A stretch of DNA of 64,000 bases from contig CM082587.2 in the NCBI GenBank assembly GCA_040954595.2, positions 2,757,000 through 2,820,999 on the forward strand, written 5' to 3'. The notes under the pieces were generated by a model. It saw only the letters and a program-made list of their open reading frames with translations. It was not told where the DNA came from and made no database searches. Positions 29,101 to 41,310 of the stretch are shown here, piece after piece. This stretch comes from Balanoglossus misakiensis. Its lineage: Eukaryota; Animalia; Hemichordata. Position numbers and translations under genes: made by a program. Position 1 is the stretch's first letter. Every line of letters begins with the position of its first letter.

Positions 29101-32100
29101 TGACATTTCTTAGGCAAATGAATAACACTTTGAGAAATTTGGAATTATGAGGCATTCAGCTGTAATTGTCCTGAGTGATTCTACTTGAAAGACCATGCTG
29201 ATTTAGGCAGACATTTGGAGGTGTCTCGTCTCAAAACAGGACTAATGAGTTTGCAAATTGGAGAGACCTCACTTAAACCCATGGAGGCTGTCTTGACAGG
29301 TGGGAAAGCATTTCATTATCTCGCCGCAGCATCGCCACGGAAGTAATCCCTTCGGAAACCTGCCAATTCCTTCGAACAACCAAAGAAGCACGGTCAATGA
29401 ATTGGTGACAGAAAGAAAATCAGAGAATCCTTATCTTCAGACGCTATACTTCAACGAAGGGAAGCGATGTTTGTCTGACAGATTCCGTGCCAAATCCCCG
29501 CAAGACCGCTGGATGATTAATTTCCTGAACCGACACAAATCTCCCTGCACCTGAAATCAATGACTACACAAAACACGTCCTTATTACGCGCCGAAAGACC
29601 GTTGTCATCAGAGATTTCAAAATGTTGGCTTTTTATAAAACGCAACCGAAATCAACAGTCCATCTCTTTTCACAGCGATGATGTTCGAGTAATGCATTTC
29701 TTGAAATTCTGATAAGTTCTTGAAAATTGAATTCCGTTGCATAAAGGTCCCACTGGAGAGAAGTCTGCATTAGACTCTCTGATGCACATCTTGATGAAGC
29801 ACACACTGTTCGACTTATTACATGTAATTTCTTTGAAATGTCAGAAATGGGGCCAACAAGAATGCGTGACTGTACATAGAAGCAAATCCCCAAAGACACA
29901 TTTCAATGCATACACAGATGATGATATTCATATTAAACATCAGCAATCTAAGTTTCTAACTTTTTTACACAGCAGAAAAACATGCCTGTACATGGAAAAA
30001 TTAGCCCGCCATGTTTATCAATGACCATTAAATTTAAATCTCAACTTTACCGGGTAATACAAATCCAACTGGCGCTGTGCACAAGGAAAATCCCGGGATC
30101 ATATGCTCCTTAAAGATTTGTACATGGAAAAGGCATCCCATTAAATTTACCATCTTGCAGCTGTCTACCGTATACCACACAACGAAGACTAAAAACTTAA
30201 TTACAATCCTCAATAACATCAAATTGCACTGGACTGGAACAGCGAGACTATATCCCGGAGACAGACTATGATGAGCTTGATTCTATTCCGTCTTATCAGT
30301 GTACGGTATTACAGCTATAAATGGCCTGCTTGAATAAAGTCTGGTGTATCAAATTAAACCGCTTTCAGTGTTTAAAGAAAGTCATGCCACTGAAAGTCAA
30401 TGAACTGGGATATATTCTCAACATCAAACTTTATTTTGAGGGGAGGGGGGGGGGGATATTCCTCCTTGTTTCAAAATCATTGCTCAGCACCTGATGATAT
30501 ACTGTGCAGGATAATGTGTCTATGTACTATGACCCTGGTGATGATTTCTTGCGATAAAGTAGAATACAGACAGGAAAGCTTTTTTCAAATATTTTTTATT
30601 ATTCATGATTTTTCCACTGCAAACCTCAGCCATAAATTTGCTCTATTTTTTTTCTTGCCGACAGTCTCCTGAACTCTGTTGCAGTCGCATAATTCTTCGA
30701 ACCATGCAAATGAACCCTGGAGCGCAAAAAGCTGTGAGAGAACTTTTCACAAGCTCTGACTGAGAGACGTTGTGGACCCTGGGAGTGTTAAACTTTGCCT
30801 GACGATATTTTCACTGTGAAGAATTCAATAAGTCTGGCTACTTTTGTAGCATCAACAAGAAGCCTGCCCCTGGGTTGTCGGAAAGAGCACTCTTGTGATG
30901 GCTCTGTGGGAAATTCCTGACAAAATTCGAGATAAAGACAGCAAAACAACGTGAAATACGAGAGCTGTGTTTTCACGATTCCTCGATTCACATAATTTTT
31001 CTTTCCCGAGGACTCTACCCAGACATGTGATTCTTTTGAAGAAGAGCAGTTTAACTCAAGAAATTCTATTTTTAGCGGCCGAGATAACGCCTTCCCTTTT
31101 GCAGACTCGAAGGTTCAGATTGAGTTAATAGACTTGGCATAGGAACATTTGTAAAGGTTAATTGGAGAGAAGTTTTTTTGTGCATTTCGGAGTCTGAGTT
31201 GTAAGTATCTGACCGACTGATTGCCGCTCACAAATTGTTTGAAAAGGAATCGTTTGACATTCCCATGTAATGTCAATTTTCCTCTTTTCCATGGTACACC
31301 ACAGGAATACTGGTAGGTGCAACGTTGAATATTGGGATTTACTCATCATGTCCACCAGATATGAGTATGTCGCCATACAACAGAGATTACACATGTAGAT
31401 TACAAGGTGATTTGATATCAGTCATGAAAATAGATTCCTCTGTTGAACTTCCATGCGCCTCACCCTTCCAAATGAGCAGTGTGGACCAATTTAACTAGTA
31501 TGCTTTTATCCGTGGCTTCATTTTCAGAATGTGGCTAAGACTGTAAAGACCGATGCGATTAAACCCCATCTCAGGAGACCTACATTTTGGGGTGACCTCC
31601 AAGAAGTTGACAACTGCCTGGGGCATGTCTGTGTGCGCCGCACACCTAACGATGCTAATTGCGCCTGCTATCAAAACTATCCCCTATAAAAAGCAATGGT
31701 TCCCCATCACCCATTAGCCGCATGCTGGTTTTCTTGTAAACCTGGAAATGTACCGTTAAGTATCATTTGGGGAATAAAAGTAAGAATGTTTTGAGTATGT
31801 GACCAGAATGAGTGAATACCGCTTTCCACAGAAACAATGTGGAAATCCACAGAACCTATATGCATCACTCAAAATGAAAATCATCCTCAAGCCTGAACAG
31901 ACAATTTTTTGATTATGAGATTTAATATTCCAAATTACCACAATTTTGGCTGTACTATATTTATTATGAATGAAGAGAGATTGCATGGCTAGAAACAAAA
32001 CACCTGAGCAACAAAATAATGCACATCATGAAAAATTACCAGTAAGATGACACTGTGTCTTTCAGGTTTTTTTTAACATGCCAAGAATGGGCCTGCTCTG

Positions 32101-32907
32101 GAAGAACATTGTCCAACACAGACTAAAACAGAATTCTATGGAAAACAAAGACCGAAAAAAAGTCACATGATAGCAGTAGGATAAAACACATACATAAGAA
32201 TATCAGGCTCAGAATACATATTTCTGTTCCCGCATACACATTTTTCTTTGTACCATTTGAATTCCAGGGTTCACACCTGTTGGAACACCTCGCAGTCAAA
32301 CAGGCAAATGTAATACATGTACATGTACGTCGCTGCCACGGGACTACACAGACCTTAACACACAACAATGCTGAGAGTATTTTGATGAACCTTTCTCAAG
32401 AATTAATCCCGACAGAATTTATTGTTGGGCTGTCATTTTTCACCATTTGTCTTCATACTGTCAATTTCCTTTCACTGCAGTAAAGTTTAGGTTTTCTTGA
32501 AATGGCCACCTACATATCAATCATTATCCTGGTTTGCACAGATATCGTAAATTATTAAATAAAAAAAAATGTCTGGGAGCATGTGGAGTGATTTATTTTG
32601 CATTTTTGGTCATATATACATAAACGTACTCTCGGGGTTAATTTTTCAGGGCGAAAAAATAAATGGGTCCATCAGAAAAACTGTTTAGTTTTAAATACTG
32701 CTGAGCACTGTCTTGTTAAAGTTTTTTCTTTAATTCCTGCACGGATTTAAATTCTGTTCTTGGCTGATATTTTTAAATGTAACAGGTGTGGGATTGAGGT
32801 GAAACTATGTCCCCACAAAATTTGAATAAAGGTGAAAACAGCCACGCCCAAAGTTGATGGGGGGGAGGGGGGGGGTCACTGCACCTTGCAAAAGAGTAGC
32901 AACCATG

Positions 32908-32992
32908 CACACAGACAGACAGACAGACAGACACACACATACAGACACACACACACAGACAGACACACGCACACACACACAGACACACACAC
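32908..32992. repeat. Compound (CAGA)n/(CA)n microsatellite
   Basis: Seen directly; produces the spurious CVCV ORFs in the track. Confidence 0.92.
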
Positions 32993-35900
32993 GAATGCTT
33001 CATTTACATTCATGTTAATAACGTCACAAAAGAAATCAATATTCCAGGCGGCTTTTCTTCTAAAAATAGCCACAACGCTGATTGCTAGACATTCATGGTT
33101 ATTGAAAATTACATGCACGACGTTGCCCGGCACACAAAAGCGCCGCAATCACACAACATTAAAGAAAGATTAACACAAGACTCATTTAGCACAGTTTCTG
33201 GCATTTCCTCCCAGTGGGCTGTGAGTTCTTTCCGAGTAAAATAACATCATTTCATGAAAATTCATTTCACCCCAGGTTATGCTGCATAGGAAGATGCAGT
33301 CTTTGAGATTAGGTTGGCTTGGTTAAAATGGTCAGTACCAAAAATTTTATAATCAGTATTCATTGTAAAAAGTATAATATACTAGTAATTGCATTTGTAG
33401 TATGACTACAAATATTATTCAGTAATTCATGACACAACAGATTCCCATTTAGTATTCCGATTAGCTTCTATGTGTTTCCATATTTAATCAAGTGGAAGTT
33501 GATACTCTTGTGGTAAGCTGCTCTGTTTACCAGACGTTGGTCGTGTAATTACTTGCGTTGGTTGTTGCACATGTCTGCCCAGCGGCAGTCTGTGTTGCGC
33601 TTATAAAACTGAAATCGTACAGTGATAAGCTTTTTTCTCATATTTCAAATCTCTCAGAACACACAATACTGATTTACTTCACTCTCTCTCTCTCTAGCTC
33701 TCTGCATTGAGTTGTACTTTGCAGGTAAAGTTTGAAGTTTCCACTCTCAAATCTCCGTGTCTCTGAGATCAGGTCCTGTCATCTGTGACAGATTGAGGAT
33801 GTATTCTACAGGCTTCACTTCATGGTACAGTGTTGATTGCACAGGTATATGCCTTGCACAGAGAGTACAGGTTAATTTGGACATGTAGCTGTTTTTATTT
33901 GTACCTTGCTGAAATCTATTACTGGATTCTCCAACTAGCGTGAAACCTAACAACACTACGTAGCCTTGTCCACTTAATTCTGAACAAGGATTGACAGAAA
34001 TCCTACTAAGACACATGAATGTAACATGAACATCTCCTTGAAAGTCAATCAGAATTTCAATGTGTTGTTTGTCATGGTGAGGTTTTGTATTACAAAGAGA
34101 AAATTGGCCACAAAATATTTTCCGATAAAAAGTGAAAAACTGTCAGAACACCCAATATATAACCTGCTCAGCTATATCAATATTTCAACTACATTGGCTT
34201 TAAACTTTGATATTCTATTCCAAGCTTATCATATTTTGCTGATAACAAAAAATAGCAATAAAACATTTACTACCCTCAAGTGTGCCGTGATCAATAAACC
34301 ACATCATAAATTTGAGAAACTCATCATTTTTTGTCAGGGTGTTCATTCATCAAAAGTTACTAAAAATACCAAGTTACACCATAAATCATGGAAAATAATG
34401 TATCAAATTTCTACGATATTTCAAAGTGTGCTTGATATTGATTGATACCTGAACTGTTTTGATGCTCTATTGTAGAGTAATAATAATTTTTATAAGAATG
34501 GCCATCTGCATTGCTAATATTCCACACACACAAAAAAACTGGGGATCGTTCAGTTATGTGGTACACGGATCTCTGTGTTCATTTCTGGAACTGTAGTAAG
34601 ATAAGATGGAGTTTAAAACAAAGAGCAATTTCAACTTCTTTTTCTCAAACAAGAAACCACAGTTGATACGCCAAACAAAAATACTGAAAAGATGGCCGCA
34701 AAAGCCAGTAAGTTATCGCAAATGGAGATTTAATGCAAACAAGCCTCTTTAAGGAGGTGAAACCTATATAACAAGCTGAAGACATTTTTAAGAGGTTGTA
34801 AGATAATTGTGGAATGGCCAAAGTCATTATGCCCGATTAATCGGTGATAAAATTCTGACTTCAGCTCAACCTATTAATGAACGTTTAGCATTGTTTGTGT
34901 TCAATCACTTCGAGCAAAAAATAAATAAATAAATCAGTGACTAAAAAGATTTCAATCCTTATATAAATAAATACGGCCAAGGTCAGATTTTGACAACCAG
35001 TACATTTCCCATCTGTAGTGAACACGTCCTGATGCCATAAAACTAAACTGCCGGATTTTATGGGCAGGCAACACTGCTACCAAACCACCGACCGCCTTTT
35101 ATTTGCCAACGCAGTAAATTACATCATTCATGACTGAAGTGTGTGTGATCAATACACCCAGCAAAAATGCTAGTTACACTGTGCATTTGCCACATGCTAA
35201 TTTCTCATCAAAATTTATTTGGGTTTATACAAACTTGCCCGGCAGCTCTGGGTGAGATTATTCGGGAACAGATATCACTCAAAAAAAAGAGGAGAAATAT
35301 TATCTCGTTCACAATATCAGAAATTTGTACAAAAATCCACTGACGAGGCTCAGTCTGGCATGAAACATTTCCCTGATGATTATTCCAGGGAAAGTGAGAA
35401 TTCCGCACTTTCCTAGAACTCTCATTTCCATGCAAAGAAATTCAGAAATCAATAAAATGCACTTTAAATCCACTTGGATCCCACACGTTTCCTGGAGCGT
35501 GGAAAATGATCAGAATATCACCACACAGAGCAGTGAGAGATCTCGTGTTTAGATTAATACTCAAAGCCAATAAAACTTTCAAGTTATTACTGCCTGGCTG
35601 TTTCCCTCACAGCAATATGACCTGTATTTTGTTTTTGAACCTTTGCATACCAGGGAAAAATAAATTTCAGAAAAAATACGTTCTGTGAAAGTTTAGAGAT
35701 GTTTAATTCTGCAGCATGTGTCCTGATAAAAAAATGATGAACAGGCACACATGTACAAGGGGGACTTCTGAATAACAGTGTAATTTTGCTGTAATCAGTG
35801 ACACGGGGTCATAACTCTGTATCAATAGGTCTTCTTTGATGGTTAATTGAAAAAGAGGTGTGGACAACTGAAGAGCGAATTACACGCAATCAATGACGGT

Positions 35901-36071
35901 AAATACATTTATACTGATGTATGTAGTCGCGGATCAATACACACCATCTAAACCTGTTCCCACGGTGGTGAATACACTGTGTGTATAACATACCCGTCTG
36001 TATTATAATTCCGACTGAGAAGAAACGATTCTGAATACGATATGCGAATGAGGAGAAAGTTTGAAACCTAC

Positions 36072-36156
36072 CGAAATTGGGGCTGGAGATGGACGTTTTC
36101 AGTTGCAGACTCCGGGTGAAGCGAGTGCGAAACATTCTGTTGCCGGAGTGAGCCAT
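36072..36156 (-). CDS. Candidate alternative first coding exon: MAHSGNRMFRTRFTRSLQLKTSISSPNF-
   Basis: caaATGG, 28 codons +1 nt, donor TCG|gtaggt (phase 1). A second in-frame phase-1 donor lies at 35994 (CGG|gtatgt). Confidence 0.7.
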
Positions 36157-36336
36157 TTGTTTTTGTTTTTGTCTAGGAAAACTGTGAGATGAATTCACAC
36201 GAGACGGGAATCGAAGCAACTAGAGTCTCTAGTATCACGAGTTGCATGTAGCAATACGATTCAGCTCAGCTATGTATTCCAGTCATGCGCTGATTTCTTC
36301 AGGAAAAAAACAAAAATCAGCAGCGATGAAATCTTC

Positions 36337-36496
36337 ATTGGCCACGTTCGCTCTGAATGTCCATCACTGATTTGGCGTACACGCAATCTATACCTCGCCG
36401 GGTTTGCTTCATTTACATGTTAATGACTCTGGCATTTGATTGGCTTCTCTTTCCACCCTGGCAGAAAGTCTGGGATCCGCGCAGCAATCTGATTGG
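36337..36496 (-). promoter_or_regulatory. Triple CCAAT-box promoter upstream of exon 36156
   Basis: ATTGG at 36337, 36439 and 36492 (CCAAT on the minus strand) in a CpG-enriched stretch. Confidence 0.45.
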
Positions 36497-37049
36497 TCAG
36501 TTGAGATCCTTCGTTAGGTGGGAAGTAATCGTCTGCCGTTTATCATACACGATAATGCAACATCCATCAGCCGGGGCCTGGATGAGTGTTCCACGGTAAA
36601 ATGATAAAAGAGCAAACCCCAGTTTAGCTTGTAATCCCACAGGGCTTGATCTAATGTTCAGATTTGGCAGCTAGTGCACATGTATCCCGGCAAGAAACTC
36701 ACTCGTTCAACTCCCACTTCATCTGGCTTAATATCAAAATTAAATCCCCTTTTCTTTTTTTCGGTCTCGCTCTAAACTTCAGGGCATCAGCAACATTCAT
36801 CAAGCAAGTCAGCCAGTACAAATGAGGATAATTTCTCATTCAGGTACGAGCCAATTTGTTGATTGTGCCCACCTTTTAATTTTGCCTAATTGCCAACATT
36901 TTTTTTTTCATAAGATGTACTCCCTAAATTAATGAACACAGTTCACAACCTAATCTGCTGAATGCACATTGGATTTGTAAATAGTAGTTCCTCAGCTGTT
37001 TTCACAGATCAGCAAATGACAGGTTTTCATTCCTCCTTCCCTGCCTTAC

Positions 37050-37146
37050 AGCCGTTTCACCAAGTCTACAGGGTTCTTCACCACCACGTATATAATCTCC
37101 GAGTTTCAGCTCCAGCTATAAGCCAGCATCCACTGCACGACACCCA
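37050..37146 (-). other. Possible non-coding or poison cassette exon (97 nt)
   Basis: Very strong acceptor tttcttttttgttctgtctcag| and donor GCT|gtaagg; stops in all three frames. Confidence 0.35.
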
Positions 37147-37376
37147 CTGAGACAGAACAAAAAAGAAACAGCCAAAGTCTCTTGTCACCAGATATCAGAG
37201 TATAATCTCCTTCAGAAGCAGTTTTCTTATTCTGCACAAGCGGGGGCAGATGACGACAACGAACAACCACCACGGCTGGGCGCCTCCTTCCTTTTTAATT
37301 CCAAGCGGGTACAAACGCGACAGCTGGATGCTGCACCCAGAGCGACCACGGCAAATGTCACACAGGCACTACCTAC

Positions 37377-37419
37377 GGCAGACTCGCGGAGGCAGTACAC
37401 ATGCTGGCGTGACTGACAT
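37377..37419 (-). CDS. Candidate alternative first coding exon: MSVTPACVLPPRVC-
   Basis: aagATG, 14 codons +1 nt, donor GCC|gtaggt (phase 1), inside a CpG-rich region at 37250-37930. A competing phase-2 donor lies 4 nt downstream. Confidence 0.55.
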
Positions 37420-40400
37420 CTTCAGGAAATGGAACGCGATACTGTTTTCCAGAAAGTCCCGTCAACTTCAGGAAAAGGGAATTGTCACCCCATAAATGTC
37501 ATGCCCGGCTTTGAAAGCGTCGAGCGATGTCGGAGAACGATTCCAGACAGAGCGGAGAAATGTCAGCACCCCTGGAAAACTTGTATTCCCCACGCAGATT
37601 TACACGCGTGTACGCCAGTTCCTGGAGTTTCGGTGCTGATATCCTGGGATGAGATTATACAAAGATTTTTCCGACTCAAGAGTCTGTCAAAATCCCTTCT
37701 TCAGTTCTTACAAACAGAGTTTAGGGGGTTAAAACTCATAAGAAGACTTGAATGTCACCATTTCCTTCTTCAATATTCAGAGCACAGTCGTCGCGTCGCT
37801 CGCGTCTGACAGATAGCAATTTACGAAAAGTACACCCACTGTAAAACAGCCGACAACTGCTGCGTTTTGTTTCTTTTTCACATACGCCAGATTAGCACAA
37901 TTTCCAATACAGCAGCATCTCGTCGGCAATTAGTTTGCCACTAAACGGTGCAAATCGATCTGGGAATTGCATCCAGCAGACAATTGCTTATCAATGTTTA
38001 GCGGTCCGCTCATACAATTTGATTGAGACTGGAGACACTTTGCACAAACACAGATAGTGGGTTCAATTTCCATATTTGTGGGTGTAGCCTTTTGTGCGGA
38101 AGATTTTTTCATCTTGTTGAATTAAATTACAACAGTTTATATGAGGGCATAACCATTCTACACAGGGTGGACGGGATTTTAATGGCCCACAATTATGTGA
38201 CAACACCTTGCCAAGAGCACATTAACAACAGGTATATTTCACTCTCCAAATAAAATCTATATTTCCATAAACGAAAATGATTTCTGAAAACATGAAACCA
38301 TTATTTTTTCTACCATTCCTTTGATAAAATGGATTCGCCTGCCATCACTGCATCGAATCTGAAACGTCTAATCAAATTGCTTATCACATTATGAAGAAGG
38401 TAAGAAAAATCTATACGAAGGCAATGTTGAATTCGGCCATATGGTGGCGCTATGTCACACAAAACATTGTCAGCAGCACAAAAGTTCACCATTGCATACT
38501 GAACAATCAGTAGTGTGATGAAACAGTCAAATAAAATAGCCAACTTTACAGGAAGGACCCTTAAACCCGAAGTGGACAAAAACTCTTAGTCACACATAGG
38601 TCATAAAGGAGTCAGAATTCAAAAGGCCTGGATCAAAATGAGCACTGTAACCTTACATCCTGTCATCAATCTTGCAAAAATGACACTTGAAATCACCCTT
38701 GTATAATACTGAGCATAACATATGGATGGCAGCAAAGTGTCTCTGGTGTTGAGAGACATACTTTAAAAACACATCCAGTACTCGTTATGTGTGTACTAAA
38801 ACAGAGTTGGTTGAAAGATCTTTGCCATCACTGCTTCTCTGATTGCAAAGAGTTCACAAGAAAGAGATTCATAACAACTCCATTTCATAGCGTGCAGATG
38901 GATTGGTTTCATTTTAATGTGTTGGATGGGTTCAGATAGCCACGTAGTCATTTTTTACACGCCATTCTACAGGGCTGAGGTTACATTTAACATCTAGGGC
39001 AGTGGGGTTGCATATTCCTTCTGTCAGACAATAAAAGGGGGAATGTTATATATCTTATTTCAAGGTTCCCTGGAATGGAACCAAACATCTCTCCTTAAAT
39101 TTGTGGGGTGGGGACACAATGTTCTATCTCCAAGGTAACACTCAGCAGTAGGTGATATAGTCCAGTCACTCCACAATCACATCAAGTCTGCCCTCTGGTG
39201 TTCTAACATGAAAATGGAAACGGAACATCCACAGAGACGGTACATACATCACCCACATGTATGAGAAAAATATCAACTTAAGATTTTGGAATGAATTACG
39301 AACAACCACTGCATTTTGTGAGAAGTTAAAGCATTTCTTAGGTGTCAAACTGAATAATCAATGACTTGAGTATAATTTGTTGAAATCTACAACAGATGGC
39401 AAAGTACGCGGGATATATTTCATGAAGTGTGCTTGTGGTTTTGAAAGGAAAAAAGGGCAATCTTTGAAATACCAGGGATGAGTTATTCTACGCTGTTGTG
39501 TAATTTTATACGTAAGATGACACATTTACAGAACTAATGGCAGCTCACTGGAATAAAATGCAGAATTTATCAGCTGTGCTTTCAAATATACGGGTATAAA
39601 AATAAGTGAATTTTCACACTTGCGTCATAACGAACATAAACCACAATCGTGCACAGAACGTGAAGCATTTTACTGCATTTGATGTGTTGGACAGGGTTAA
39701 GAAAAATGAGCAGTGTTCATGAAATTTTTATCACTCTGTTCTTACTAAAATGCACTTACAAGTCAACACTCCGAGTGTGTCATGCACTTTCAAACCCCGC
39801 CTCTGGAATATTTTACTCGAAACAACTGAACTTGAACTTCAACTGCAGGAACAGACGTTAGTGTGTACATTCAATTAACCACTCTCAGAGAGAACATGTT
39901 TACATTGATACAAACACATGGTTTTCACCACAACAAAAGCCGACATTCCCCATCCTGGTTTGAACTGTGGGTCAATGCCAGACAAGACCGTGGATGTTTA
40001 CACACACTTCCAAACACCCACATCTCCCCCGTGGCTTGCAACCATCAGCTAAATGCCTGTCAGATGTCACAGGCATGCCAAACATATCATGTAAGCCTAG
40101 ATTTTCAGCCACGCTTCGGAGAAAATATACTGTTACTGTTTCAAAGGGTCCTCTTTCTGGTGTGATAACAGTGAATGATAACCTCGACTGACAGAAAAAC
40201 CAGTGAAATGCCCTAGTTTATTTTTGTCTGATGGTAATGAACTAATCTGGGAGTATGTTAATCTGCCCACTACTTCTGTTTGCCAACATTGTATCTGCAC
40301 CTGGCAAGTACAGGTAGTTCGTAGAATGACACAGTTTATCTACCACATGATGATATTAGCAAACTTTGAAAAGTTTACAAGAGTGCCCAAAGTGGTTGTA

Positions 40401-41081
40401 TTTTAAGGGCTTTTCTCTGTAGACAGCACAGTTCATCGATCCAGCATTCTGACGGCAATCCAGCACAAATAACTGCAGTAAATCACAGTATTAGTGGTCA
40501 CTGCTACGCAGATGACCCTTGACCTGAGAATTCCCCACCGCGGCCAATAACCAAACACTGGCAAGTCCGAAAACGATACATTTTTTCGAGTGCGCCCAGT
40601 CGGTGCGGATTATGTGACCGGATTATGTTACAGAGAATGAGAGCGGCATTTTATCCCTACACATTTTGAGCAGATTATCATTATCCAGATTATAATCTTG
40701 TAATCACAGAACATGTGCTTGGGAAAGAAATACGAGTTTACATGCGACAGTCTGGTTTTAGGCGAGCCATCGCGGTTGGAAACCTGTCTAATGCGATTTC
40801 CACTGCAAACACTAAAAGCGAGTCACTTGTGTGCATTATCTCATGAATATGTTACCTCAGGGGCCGCAGTGCCAACAATTTTATGGCAGGGCAAATCAAG
40901 TGATGATGGACATCAAAGATCATAATGCTTTCATCTCCCACTGGAATAGAATTCCAGACAGCAAATATCTTTCCCTCAAATTTCATTATGATGATAATCT
41001 CCACGGAAGTAATGTTCAACACTTCCATCAAAATTGCATCTATTTTTTTTATTTCTTTCCTTCTCCTCCTCATTACAGACG

Positions 41082-41082
<1 letters not shown>

Positions 41083-41136
<54 letters not shown>
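41083..41136. repeat. (CAT)18 trinucleotide microsatellite
   Basis: Seen directly; intronic, about 70 nt 3' of the exon 41205 donor. Confidence 0.95.
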
Positions 41137-41204
41137 ACCACCATCAGCATCACAACCACATTAAAACTCAAGACTTCCAACTCACAAAATAGAGGACACT
41201 TTAC

Positions 41205-41310
41205 CTGCGAACATGTATCCTGTCTCCCACACATACTGTTTCATCATCGGCCGTCTCTTGTAATACGGCGAGCTACCGTCACCTGACGTTTCAGTTTGTG
41301 GTAATTCCAT
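41205..41310 (-). CDS. Candidate alternative first coding exon: MELPQTETSGDGSSPYYKRRPMMKQYVWETGYMFA-
   Basis: gtcATGG, 35 codons +1 nt, donor CAG|gtaaag (phase 1), with an in-frame stop upstream. Protein-like composition. Confidence 0.75.

Noticed and set aside
30799-30917. Open cassette with a strong acceptor
   Set aside because: Would need a poor GC donor (CAG|gcaaag) and has no phase-0 partner.
32773-33173. CVCV / THTH-rich ORFs
   Set aside because: Translation of CA/CAGA microsatellites.
36962-38253. Cluster of plus-strand ORFs suggesting a transposase remnant
   Set aside because: No recognisable transposase or RT motifs; better explained as a CpG-rich minus-strand leader.
40831-41286. 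Poly-His, poly-Met and poly-Ile ORFs in the track
   Set aside because: Artefacts of the (CAT)18 microsatellite.
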